Origin: a virus
DNA: 64,000 bases
Virus record (IMG/VR): IMGVR_UViG_3300024353_000005
Location: 1 to 64,000 of that record
Direction: 5' to 3' (one strand)
Position 1 is the first letter of the stretch, and each line of letters starts with the position of its first letter. A program made the position numbers and the translations under genes. The notes under the pieces were generated by a model that was given only the letters and a program-made list of their open reading frames with translations, was not told the origin of the DNA and did no database searches. Shown piece after piece: positions 51,513 to 62,748 of the stretch.

Positions 51513-53821
51513 TTCCCTACTTTTTCACTTTTCGCAATATCAGTTAAGCAACTCATTATTTTTGCTATCATAACCTCGTTCGCATTAAGAAGTTATATCC
51601 ATTTACTACACAATGTAGTATTACTATAAGATATAGATTTATTATAATCTGAAGCAAGTCTAGTTCTCAAAATCGCCAATTTTTCGCCTATATCCTCCTA
51701 TCATAAAAAGAGTTATGCCAATCTTCAACAAAATATAGTAGAAATCGTACTATTGTTATATATTATATATGCTCTATATAGTAACTGATAATATAGGATC
51801 GGTTTAGGGATTTAGTTTATCATTTACTTGAAATTTCTTATATGCCTTTTCTGCCCGTTCAGCATAAGCAAACCAGTAATCCTTTTTCTTGGTATTGCCA
51901 GCTTTTTCAAACTGTTCGGCTTTCTTAAGTGCCTCGTTTACCAGAGTCATATTGTAAGACATTTTAGTTCTCCTTTTTTATATTTCTCATAAACGCAATT
52001 AAATCTACAATTCTTTTCTGTAGCTATTAAATTAGTCCATTGTCTCCATTTTTTAACAAATCTATATATTTTACAATAGAAAAACCTAAGACTAAACCAC
52101 CTAAAGGCTCTCCAATTAATAATGCGATTAATCCTATAACAGAGAAAACAGTAAACCCTACAGTATGAAATATTTTTTTTCGCAATGTAAGTTTAATCAT
52201 TTTATTCTTCCTTTCAATTATATATACTCGTTATGATAACTTAATTCTCTAACACAATTTTCATAAGTTCCAGTATAAACACAATGGCTAAAGATATAAG
52301 CTGAATAAGTCCCATCATTATTTTTAATAATTCTAACTGCTCGCACTTTATTTACTCCTTATATTCTGCATTTGTAGATTTTCTTATAGTAACATTATTT
52401 ACATTTAATTCTGCATCAATAGCTACTGCTAATCTTTCAGCGTATTTAAAAGCACATTCATATGGTTGTCCTAGTCCTAATTCTAATTTCATTGTTACAG
52501 TATAAATTTCTACAACTTCTAAGTCATATCCTCCAGCGTCTCCTAATTTCCATACATTAATTTTTAAACCATTATACATTTTAGCCATTATTTTTTCTCT
52601 TTCTCTTTAGTTTCTTTTTCCGTCTTGTTCTTTTCTTAGGCTGTTTCTCAAAGTATTCCCTCTCCTTTTGTTTATGTATCTCAAGCCACCTTAAGTATTT
52701 TTGAGCTTGGTTAAGAGCCTTCCTCTGCCTCTCATTCCCTCTTTCTTCAAACTGTCGGCTCAATTCTAAATCTTCGGCTATTACGAGCCAGAAAGTCAAA
52801 TTTTTTGGCATCTTAGGCTTTTTCATTTTATCTCCTTTAAATATTTTTTAAGACATCTATTACAAGGAACATATCCAAAATGCCTCATATAAAATCTATC
52901 TAAAGAAAACTTTTCTTTCCGAGTTTTCCACGAAAGTAAACCATTATACCTTTCCCAGACAAACTGTAAGACACAACATAGAGGGTATCTATATCTAAAC
53001 ACTCCCCCCACAAAATCAGCTAATAAACCTTTGAAAGTTGTTTTTTTATAGCAACAAGCATAATCAATATCTTTCATTTTATTTACCCCATATAAAATAC
53101 AATATTTTAAGCATTTTTTCCATCAATTTCGGCACAGTATTGTAAGTTTCCTTAATTATATCTTCTGTTCGTTCAAGTCCATTTTTCTTTATAGACTCCC
53201 TCACACAGTCATATATTCTAGCCCTGGCCAAAATTTTAATCGCTTCTTCTGGAGTATATCCCTCTTTATTTTTATCAATAAAAGGATAATTCTCTCCCAT
53301 CTCATCATATTGTCTATCGCTATCGAATATCATTTAATCCTCCTCTAATAGTTCTTCTACCTCACAAAAATTATCTCCAAATTCTTCTTTGAGAAGTTTT
53401 ACATCTTCTTCGTCATTCAAATCCATACCAGCACTTTGTAAAATATCTTCAGCAATAGTATCTTGCCCATACATTAATACTGTTCTTACTGCTATAAGTA
53501 TTCCTCTTGTTAAATACTCTTTTTGTATCTTTGTTAAATTACTCATTTTATTCTCCTTTTATAATTAGATTTTCTAACAATAATACTTGCTATCAAAAGA
53601 GGGATTAGCAAAACCAATAAAGTGCCGAGTAATATGTTTACAAATTCATTCATTTTATCCTCCTGTATATTTATCCTTTATGCTTTGCTCGTCTCCGATA
53701 CTTCTTGTTTCTATAGTTCTATTGCAAGTTTTACAAAGGCCAGCATAAACTCTTTTAGTTTCATCATATTGCAATTCTATAATCTCTCTACATTTTGAGC
53801 ATTTAAAGACTTTGTAGATAA

Positions 53822-54283
53822 TCATTTTAAATCCTTTCCCTCGATTTGGTATTGTAGTGCTTCTGCTATATGCTGGCCTTTGAGTTCTTTGGAGTCGTCT
53901 AATTCTGCGATAGTCTTTCCTACCCTAATAGTAGAAGATAACTCTTTACAATTAAGGTTAAGTTCTTTCATAGCAGTTTTCAAAAGTTCTTTTGCTTCCC
54001 CATCTATCTTTTCTTCAAAAGTGATATCTTCAAATCTAATATCTGGAGCTTTAACTGTAATATCTGTATAAGGTAAAGCCTTTTGATATTCTTCTATTTC
54101 TTTTAGTTCGCAAGAACATTCCCTATTTTTACTCAAATAATTTCCACAGGGGCAAGGTTTGAAGGCAGGAAGAGTAGCCCCCTCGTAAATTTCAGGATTG
54201 TTCGTAATAATTTTATAGGTGTGTTTACCTGCTTTTGCTACCTCAATAGCTCTTTCAACTAAAGGGCTAATTTTTACTTTCAT
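53822..54283 (-). CDS. miniaturised ComM/YifB (Mg-chelatase-like) homolog
   Basis: VERAIEVAKAGKH, PCPCG.....CSC...I..Y, R...TIA.LD.......HIAEALQY; no Walker A/B. Confidence 0.75.
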   Translation of the reverse strand: MKVKISPLVERAIEVAKAGKHTYKIITNNPEIYEGATLPAFKPCPCGNYLSKNRECSCELKEIEEYQKALPYTDITVKAPDIRFEDITFEEKIDGEAKELLKTAMKELNLNCKELSSTIRVGKTIAELDDSKELKGQHIAEALQYQIEGKDLK

Positions 54284-54611
54284 TTGATTTTCCTTTCTTT
54301 TAAAGTAAGTAGCGGTTTAACCCTATATCCACCGCAAAGGTTTCGGGAAGCAGGAGGCGACCTGCAATATCCTTATTTTATCCTTCAAGTTTTCCAAGTA
54401 TTAACAAACTTAATATGATTATTGATGTTGTCAAAACAATCCTTAATGTGCTTCTATATATTTTTATTCTCTTATTATCTCTTTCATTTTTTCCTCCCAT
54501 ATATTCTATTATTTCAGCGGTCTTTCCAAATAAATCATACATAAAAGGATGATTTAACAATTTCATTTTACACCCCATTCTTAAAAAGTCAATAAGTATA
54601 ATCCTATCTTA

Positions 54612-54640
54612 AGTATACCACATAAAATCCATTTTGTCAA
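54612..54640 (-). promoter_or_regulatory. sigma70-type early promoter
   Basis: TTGACA-N17-TATACT. Confidence 0.8.
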
Positions 54641-56174
54641 GTGTCTATTTTAAAATTCTTTTTTAACCCTCAAGTATTTCAAGTTTAATTGTTAAGTAAA
54701 AAAGTCCCCATATTTCGCTTTTAAGCGATTATTTTATTTTGGCATAGCAAACCACTAAAAAAGTTAGTTCGTTAAAAATTCAAGGGCAAATCTGTCCAGA
54801 ATAAGAAGACAAAGCAAGTATGGCAACCTTAACCCAGTCATTTCTTTTGGCTCTCTTGTAAGTTCTTTTTCAAGTAATGATTAGCAAATACTCTGGCTGT
54901 TTCATTTAACATCATAAAATTGTCAACCTTTTGCCAAAGTTCTAAAGTTTCCTTAATCAAGCCTACCGCATAAAAGTATTTAAAATCTCTGCAATCCTCA
55001 TTTATAACTTCTGCTAATTCTCTGACTGTCATCATTTTATATCTCCACCTTTTGTTTTTATAGTTCTTCTTTATATAAACAATCAAAATTTTTACAATCA
55101 TTAGCTTTCTTACATCTAGAACACTTTAATTGCCTTATTTGTTTTTCTTGTCTTTGTATTTGCTTTTTCAAACTTTCATTTTCTTCCTTATACATTTCAA
55201 AAATAGTCTTTGGCATTCTATATCACCACCCTTTTTATTCTGGTAAGTTCTTTATAAGCTCTGTCTTTTTAGGATCATCCCTAAGTATAGCCAAAATAGT
55301 AATAATATCTCTTAAGTGTTGTCCTTCGTGTAAAGAGTAACCTAAGTCCTTTTGGCCTGTCAAGGCTTTTAATCTCGCCTCAAAGCCTTTTATTGCTCTG
55401 CTTCTTAACTGCTGATTAAGTGCCATTTTACTGCCTCCTTCTTTGTTTTTTATTTAGGCTCAAAATAATATGGAGTCCCACCTCTATAAGGATATATTGT
55501 AAATGTCCCATCTCCCCATACTCTTAAACAATGTTTACAACGATTGTCTTTCTTTACTTTTAAAACTAAATCGTCTATCCCCTTAAAAAACGGCTCTCTA
55601 ATACATTTTAAGTAAAGAGACTTTTTAGTATCGGTTGTTATTTTCCAATCCCCTCCATCGTATTCTGTACCACCTCCAGAAACATATACACACTTCAAAA
55701 AATCGTTTTTCATTTTATCTTACCAGTTCCTTTACAGTTAGGGCATTTTTTAACTATATTTTTATTGCCTTTTATTCCCAAAAATAAATATCCCCAACCT
55801 TTACAGCCTTTACAATATCCTTTAGGATAATTTTTATATTTAGCAATTAACTCTTTATCTGTTAGTCTTTCTGTTTTCATTTTTTAATCCTCCTCTATCT
55901 TATAAGTAAAAATAGTGTACATCTTTTGTAATATCATACAATATCAATAAGTTTTTATTCTGGCTATATTCTGCCCGCTTTATTTGTCGATGTAAAGGTA
56001 TAACATCGGATATATTATAAAAGTCTTTCTTTGATACTCTGCTCGCATTTTCTACAGCTTGAGCCATTTCTGTAGCATCGTTAAAAATCTCTGTGTAATT
56101 TATACAATTACAGGTATATTGAGCTTTCATTGTAAAGTCTCCTCCAAAAAAGTTAAGTAAATCTAATCTCTATA

Positions 56175-56203
56175 AGTATACCATAAAAATCCCGAAAAGT
56201 CAA
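56175..56203 (-). promoter_or_regulatory. sigma70-type early promoter
   Basis: TTGACT-N17-TATACT. Confidence 0.75.
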
Positions 56204-57307
56204 GAGCAAATCTTAAAATAAGCAATCGAGCTACGAGAAGCCAAAGTTAGAAATAATCAAAAAAAGCCACTCAAACAATCTAAACCAATCAAAAAAATTA
56301 ACAAAGCCAACCTATGCCCCAAATTCCCATAAGTGCCAAACGAGCCTAAAGTATCCAAAACAAACTTTCCGCAACCTTTAACAGTTAATAAAGTTAAGTA
56401 AGATACACAAGCCCAAAGTGTAGTAAGTGTATATAAGTGACAAGAGGGCCTGCCCAGCGACTCCACTCATACACTATCATAAAGAGCCATCGTCGGAGAA
56501 AGTGCAATCCCACTTTTTTATTTTCTAGCTCATTATAAATTTAGTCTCCATATCCTACGCCCGAATTGTACCCATCTCCAAAGCCATCGTCGTAAATTTT
56601 ATTTAGTATATCCCGCTTTTCCTCATTAGTCTTGGCCTTGTTTATAGCCTTTAAGTATTTTGTAATGTATTTGTCCATCTTTTCTCACCTCCCCTAAGTT
56701 TAAATCCTCGTCGAGCAAATAAGTATTCTCCTTTTATCCTAAGTTAATCATCACAAGAATAAAGCAGATCAAAGCAAGTACAGCATACCCCAGCAATATA
56801 ATTAGTAGTGGTCTCATTTTTTTATATCCCCAAAGTGTAACAGTTATTTTTAAGTGTTAAGATTATCTACGCCTTTTTTAAGTTTACTCTGCCGATCCAT
56901 AAGTGTCAAATTCCCCAGTCTCAAGATATCTTTTAAGCTGGGCCTGCGTTTCCTTTTTCGTCTTGTATAGTGCTGATATAAGGTTAGGATACTTTCGCTT
57001 GTCCCAGTAAACAGCGAAGTTCCAGCCTTTTTTATCGCCCAGAGTTCCCCTGGCTACTTCTGTTTTGGTAATCATTTTAACACCTCCTCAAAATTTTTTG
57101 TAAGTGTAAAGAGTATTTAAGTTCTTTTTGCTGGGATTATAAGTGAATATAAATTATTTCCTAAGTGTAGCTGAAAGTTATGCCAGCCTATTAAGCGATA
57201 ATAAGCAAAGACTGTTTTATCTCGTCTATTGCTGTAATACCTTTTAGTAAGTTTAGGCCATCTCATTTTTAGTACCTCCATCGAGTTTTATAAAGTGTAA
57301 AGTCTAT

Positions 57308-57613
57308 TTAAGCGTTCCCAAGTTCTCTATCTAAGTTTTTAACAAGTTTTCCCTCGCCCTCGAATGTAAAGCCCAGGCGTGCATATTTTTTGCAAAAGGC
57401 TTTATCGCTTGCTCTTATAAAGTTCCTAAGCTGTTTTAGCAAGTCCGAATTGTCGAAGGGTAAGCCATACCAGCCATTTAAACCGCCATTGTGTAAGATC
57501 GTTTCTCCTTCTTCTGTAAGTATATCGGGGCAGTCTGAGTTTACCCATTCCGCAGAAGCTCTTTTTAAGGTTATGGTATTTTTGCCTCGCCAGTCCTCAA
57601 AGTAGTATCTCAT
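57308..57613 (-). CDS. hypothetical early protein
   Basis: strong GGAGGTGA RBS. Confidence 0.55.
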   Translation of the reverse strand: MRYYFEDWRGKNTITLKRASAEWVNSDCPDILTEEGETILHNGGLNGWYGLPFDNSDLLKQLRNFIRASDKAFCKKYARLGFTFEGEGKLVKNLDRELGNA

Positions 57614-58259
57614 TATTTATCACCTCCTCGCCTTTAAAGTTTACCTCAATTTATAGAGTTACTATATTTTATAGCAAGTTTATCAAGTTAAGTTAAAAGT
57701 CCGCACTCTGTCAAGTTTTCGCCTTAGCAAGCCTCAATAAGTCCTCGTCTTTAACCCTCTGCACTTGCCCCGTCTTTTTGCAAGTGATAAGTGGCAAGCC
57801 ATCCCTAAAGCCTGTCAAGGTCCAGTTTCGCTTGTTAAGTTTAAATTTTAGACCGATTTTTATAGTCATTTTTTAAGTCCTCAAGTTTACTTCCTATCTT
57901 TTAAAAGAGTCTTTACCGCCTCAAGTCTTTTGTTATCTTCTGGCGTGTTAAGTAGCTGTAATATAGAAAGTGCCTTCCTCATGTTTTTAAGTTCCCAAGT
58001 CGCTCGATCTCCGAGGATATTTTTTGCCTCTTGTAAAGTCATCTCAAGTCACCTCCTCAAGTTTTAAGCTCCTGGCAAGTCCTGCAAATTCCCTTCTCCG
58101 CCTCCTTGTCATCCAAAGCATAACCGCACTGCTTGCAAGTCCCGAAGCCCTTATAAACCCGAATCTTGCTCGCCAGCTTAGTCTTTCGCCCTGTAAGGTA
58201 TATTCTGCCCTTCATTTTAGCGTCACCGCCTTTGTGATAGGTTATTTTAGCTAATTATA

Positions 58260-58586
58260 TCAATCTGTCTTTTCTTCTTCTTTGTCTTGCAAATACCTTG
58301 CTACCTCTTCAAGTGCGAACCAAGCTAGAGCATTTTTAAAGGTCTCATCATCAACAATACTATCTACACAACCAAAAGAAGATATAACCTCAGTGGGTCT
58401 CTGCCCTAATTGCTCTGATACTTCGTTTAGCTGCTCCCATATTTCTGGAGCATATTCATCGTAAAACTCGACAGTATCTTTGTAATAAGTAAATCCCGCA
58501 TAGCCATCGTTTGCATTTCTAACACCAAGTAAATCCTCTTCTGTCATTCCAGAGTGATTTTTTACTGCTTTGATAAGTTCTGTCAT
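58260..58586 (-). CDS. acidic early phage protein
   Basis: GFTYY..T..FY...NALAWFALEEVA; about 25 D/E versus 9 K/R by hand count. Confidence 0.6.
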   Translation of the reverse strand: MTELIKAVKNHSGMTEEDLLGVRNANDGYAGFTYYKDTVEFYDEYAPEIWEQLNEVSEQLGQRPTEVISSFGCVDSIVDDETFKNALAWFALEEVARYLQDKEEEKTD

Positions 58587-58626
58587 TTTAAAGCACCTCC
58601 TATCGCTTTTAGATTTTTAAAGTCCT

Positions 58627-58866
58627 TTAGTCCTTAACAATAACAAGCTCGCTTTTTATTTTAGCAAGTGCCAAGTTATCACTTTTGCAGTCTGGGCAAG
58701 TCAAAACCTTGTCAAGTGGGAGCATAAATAAATCGCCTCTTGTCCCTCCACTCTCCCAGTCGCAATCTTGACAAACTATAAACTCGCCTTGTCTTTTCTT
58801 ATAGTCTTTGTCTGCAATGTCTACTAAGTCCTTACGCCTTAACATTTTTAGCGCCTCCTTTATCAT
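58627..58866 (-). CDS. zinc-ribbon early protein
   Basis: CQDC...CPDC. Confidence 0.5.
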   Translation of the reverse strand: MIKEALKMLRRKDLVDIADKDYKKRQGEFIVCQDCDWESGGTRGDLFMLPLDKVLTCPDCKSDNLALAKIKSELVIVKD

Positions 58867-59000
58867 TTAATTTTGTTAAGCAATCTAATCTTTAATCGCT
58901 CCGCTATCGCATAAGATAAAATATGCCAGCCCCGTTCCCCGTCTATCTTTTCAAGTATGCGATATAAGCAAATGTAAAGTAAAATCATTTTAAATATCTC

Positions 59001-59423
59001 CTAGAGTAGCTTTTTTAGTAACCTATAGCCTATATTCCCATATTGCTTTTTAACAAAACTGTAAGTCGAGACTCCAGATGGGGTCTCTATTAGCTTATCG
59101 AATCTTACGGGGTCTATAGTCTTTGTCCCCAGCATCAGCCCGACTCGACAGACTGGGATATCAAAACCGAAGATCTTTTTAAATAGTGGCCTGACCTTGT
59201 CAAAAAATATAGTCTGTCTTTGTCTTTTTAGACAGTTATTATATGCTTGAGTAATTTCCTTAGCAGTTTTTGTACTCAAAAACTCTTGAGCCTCCTGGTA
59301 TACTCCTTTGTATGTTCTAGCCGTTGCTCGGAATAGTGTTATATTTTCCAGTCCCTCAACATAGACTTTTTTACTATTCGCAATATAGAATGTAATCCCA
59401 GCTTTTTTAAATTCTCTTTTCAT
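59001..59423 (-). CDS. hypothetical early protein
   Basis: AGGAGG RBS. Confidence 0.55.
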   Translation of the reverse strand: MKREFKKAGITFYIANSKKVYVEGLENITLFRATARTYKGVYQEAQEFLSTKTAKEITQAYNNCLKRQRQTIFFDKVRPLFKKIFGFDIPVCRVGLMLGTKTIDPVRFDKLIETPSGVSTYSFVKKQYGNIGYRLLKKLL

Positions 59424-59657
59424 TTTAAAAACCTCCTTTAGTATGTAACATGAGGATATATCTTCCTAAGCTGTAAGGTTACAATATAGAGTCGTCCCTC
59501 TTTTCTTATGGTATGCTTAAAATTTTTCTGCAATAATCTGGCCTGGTATCTATCCGAAGTAATAACGCAAGGGTATCCCTGGCTGTAAGCACTAAAATAT
59601 CTGGGCCTGACTGTCTTAGCATATTCTCTATTATAGTGTAACATTTTAAATCGCCTC

Positions 59658-60083
59658 CTATTCGTTCCAGTCTGCTCGCCTTGAACGCTTTAGTTTACTC
59701 AAAGCATAACTGTCAGCCTGATATTCTCTTCTCCTCTCAGGCCATCTATTATAGTCCTTATTATTAGAGCGGTCTATGCTATGCTTTAGCTCATGATATA
59801 TTAAGAAGCGGATCTCATTGTGCAAGTTATGCAAGGTATATTTAGCTAATAATTCTTTACGTCCTTGATAGTAACAGTCTGTATATCCTTCTTTTATGCG
59901 AATTTTAGCCCCAGCTATGGAGAGAGTTATTTTATAGCTCCCATCAAAGTAGGAGTAGCAATGGGAGAAGGAAGTGCGGTTATCTATACTTACAGATAGT
60001 CCTTGTCTGTCTATCTTTTCATTCTTGACTATATTCCAGAATAACTGCTTGACTAATTTCTTTTCTACTTCCTGTCTCTTCAT
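59658..60083 (-). CDS. HExxH zinc metallopeptidase-like early protein
   Basis: start MKRQEV with GGAGG RBS; IYHELKH...EYQAD. Confidence 0.65.
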   Translation of the reverse strand: MKRQEVEKKLVKQLFWNIVKNEKIDRQGLSVSIDNRTSFSHCYSYFDGSYKITLSIAGAKIRIKEGYTDCYYQGRKELLAKYTLHNLHNEIRFLIYHELKHSIDRSNNKDYNRWPERRREYQADSYALSKLKRSRRADWNE

Positions 60084-60241
60084 TTTAACCGCCTCCCTTA
60101 AAATATACAGAGTACCACTATCACCATCAAACCTAAATAAACTAAACCTACTAAACCTAACAGATTGACTTCGCCTTTGCTTCTCCTTGCCCTTGTATCT
60201 TGTTTTATCGTTCTCATCGTCTTTTCCTCCTTCCACTCTAT

Positions 60242-60269
60242 AGCTTACCACAAAATCCCGAAATGTCAA
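60242..60269 (-). promoter_or_regulatory. probable first early promoter
   Basis: TTGACA-N16-TAAGCT; spacer resembles that of the 56175 promoter (TTTCGGGATTTT). Confidence 0.55.
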
Positions 60270-60787
60270 GGGTCTTTTTTAAAATAAATTTTTTGCCTTA
60301 ACTAATAATATACTATTGTAATATATGTATAGAGAAAAACTGGGATACTCCAGCCCGTAGCATACAATTATAATACAATAGTGAGCGAATAAAATACTGG
60401 TATAAATACAAAATAATATAATGAGCAGTAACAGGGAGATAGAGGGAGAGAACCGCTCCGACGCTGGCCGACGACGATGGGCGACAAACGTGCTTGAGCT
60501 GGCGGAGGCGATAAAATGTCATAACTGTAATGGCTAACGAAACTTATGAGCGATTTCCGAAAATTAGAGTGAAAATGGTGGTGGGTGGGTATCTATATAT
60601 GCACATTCATATACTTTTTATGGTGATTGTATTTAACTCTTTTTATTCATTAGAGTTAGGACATTTATTACCTTAGCTCGCTTTGCAGTATTATTCAAAG
60701 GTTTGATTTAGCCCAGATTTACTATATCCTGTAGTAAGATTTATGCTTGGTAGAGTCTTACTATATTCTATAGCAACTTTTATCTCT

Positions 60788-60876
60788 TGTTCTACTGCAT
60801 AGAACAGTTGTTCTATCTTATAGAACATTTTGATGGTACTGTTCACTTTTCTATATTGTTCACTTAATATTGAACA
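60788..60876. repeat. tandem palindromes TGTTCTA-N5-TAGAACA x2 plus related TGTTCA half-sites
   Basis: 60788-60806, 60809-60827, 60840-60848, 60857-60876. Confidence 0.7.
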
Positions 60877-61293
60877 TTAGATATATCTTATAGTAACTCG
60901 TTACCTAACAGTATAGCCTCAATGTAATATTTCGTTTGGCAATCATTTTTAGTGACTTAAAGAAATAAGATTATCTAGTTTTATACAGCTCCCTATAGGT
61001 TTTCATACAACTTATAAGTAGTAATTGATAGTTCCAGATTTCTGTAGTGCCTGGGATCACATCTTAACTTTCTGCGGAAAAATCAGAAAAGTTCCAAAAT
61101 TCACAGGTAGAGGTTATAGTATCTCGGCTTTTTGCGAGAGATTCAAAGAAAGCAGCCTCCATAACTGGTTCAAAATACTTGAATTAAATTATTTTAAAAT
61201 TTTACTTATAATTTTCCGACTTTTTACGTATAATAGTAGTGAGGGGTATTGAACCCCAATATCTTTTTTTGGTCTTAATTTGACAATTTAGGA

Positions 61294-62652
61294 GTGAATT
61301 TGACCTTTCCTTTCTTTAATAGGCATAAGCGAGAAAAAGACAAGCTTATTGCCGAGATACAAGATTTACAGAAAAAAGCAGTTCAAGAACCCAAAATAGA
61401 CCCAGCATCCTATATTCACGATTATAGTGAAAGTGATGAAACTAAGGGTAGGGATACTCGTGTTAGCTACTCGATGCTGGAGCAGATATACAAGAAAGAA
61501 TCTTGGGTGAGAGCATGCGTAGATGTTATAGTTAGAACCGCCACCTCAAATGGGTGGCGTTTACTTTCTATAGAGAGTAAAATTGACTTAAAAGGAGCTG
61601 AGTTAAGCAAAGCTTTATCCTCAAATTTAAAAATAATGGCTTTAAAGGACTTGCTAGAAGAACCCAATGCGGATGACACATTTTCAGATATAGTCGCTGA
61701 AATTATCACAGATTTGCATATTTATGGCGATGCTTATGTTGAGGTTGTAAGAGATAAGGCTACTGATTTGCCAGTAGCCCTTTATAATGTATATTGTCCA
61801 TCAATGAGAATCAAAGTTGACGAGCATGGTCGGGTGTTGGGTTATGTTCAGGTTTTTGATTGGCAGATAGTTGCCGAGTTTAAACTTAACCAGATTATCC
61901 ATTTTAGACTAATTAATCCTGGTTCAGAAGTTTATGGCTTATCACCTCTGGAAAGTTTAATCATACCCATTGAAACCGATCTTTATGCTCAAGCATATAA
62001 CAAAAACTTTTTCAAAAATGATGCGACACCAAGATTGCATGTTGATTTAGGTAATTGTACGCTACCTCAGTTAAAGAGAATGAGGGAATATTGGCGAACT
62101 GTTTATAAGGGTAGTGGTAAATCCCATAAAACAATTATAACTGAGGGTGGGGCAAAAATAACTCCCATCGGAACTCCTCCAAAGGATATGGAGTTCTTGA
62201 ATCAGAGGAAATTTAACCGAGATGAGATTTTGGCTGTTCTCGGTGTGCCTCCGATTATGGTTGGAATAGTTGAAAGTTCAAACAGGGCAAACTCAAAAGA
62301 ACAAGCAAATGCTTTTAAAACAGAGAAAATTATTCCACTTCAAAAAATGGTAGCAGCCAAATTAAATAAGCTATTGATTTCTGAGTTCACAAATAAATAC
62401 ACTTTCAAATTCGCTGAATTAGATTTGCGAGATGCTTTGGATGCAGCAAGGATAGACCAGATGGATTTGAAAGCTGGAATTCGTGATATTGAGGAAGTTC
62501 GCAGAGACAGGGGATTACCTCCCAAGAAGAAACATTCGATTGAGCAAGAAGAAATTGAAGAGCCACAGGAAAAGCCAAAAAAGAAGACCAAAAGAGATAA
62601 GAAGTCGAAGAAGATTATCAGATTTTTGAAAGAAGACAAGGAAAGGGAATAG
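61294..62652 (+). CDS. phage portal protein (HK97-like family)
   Basis: WVRACVDVI, PN, GDAY, IIHFR....SEVYGLSPLE, FFKN.A.P, DMEFL......RDEILAVLGVPP. Confidence 0.92.
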   Translation: MNLTFPFFNRHKREKDKLIAEIQDLQKKAVQEPKIDPASYIHDYSESDETKGRDTRVSYSMLEQIYKKESWVRACVDVIVRTATSNGWRLLSIESKIDLKGAELSKALSSNLKIMALKDLLEEPNADDTFSDIVAEIITDLHIYGDAYVEVVRDKATDLPVALYNVYCPSMRIKVDEHGRVLGYVQVFDWQIVAEFKLNQIIHFRLINPGSEVYGLSPLESLIIPIETDLYAQAYNKNFFKNDATPRLHVDLGNCTLPQLKRMREYWRTVYKGSGKSHKTIITEGGAKITPIGTPPKDMEFLNQRKFNRDEILAVLGVPPIMVGIVESSNRANSKEQANAFKTEKIIPLQKMVAAKLNKLLISEFTNKYTFKFAELDLRDALDAARIDQMDLKAGIRDIEEVRRDRGLPPKKKHSIEQEEIEEPQEKPKKKTKRDKKSKKIIRFLKEDKERE

Positions 62653-62748
62653 GCGGGTAAATTGAGTTTACTCAGCGAAAAAAAAGATAACTCAATTTAG
62701 GGCTGGCACGAAATAAGGTTTGCCCGCCCTCCTAATATTTTAAAAAAT

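Noticed and set aside
56484-56595. Repeated 11-mer AGCCATCGTCG
   Set aside because: Two copies only, one inside a small ORF; chance cannot be excluded.
420-60168. Numerous plus-strand ORFs in the track
   Set aside because: They are antisense shadows of well-supported minus-strand genes, with no RBS or motifs.
60300-61290. CRISPR mini-array
   Set aside because: No 25-40 nt direct repeats with unique spacers; only short palindromes.
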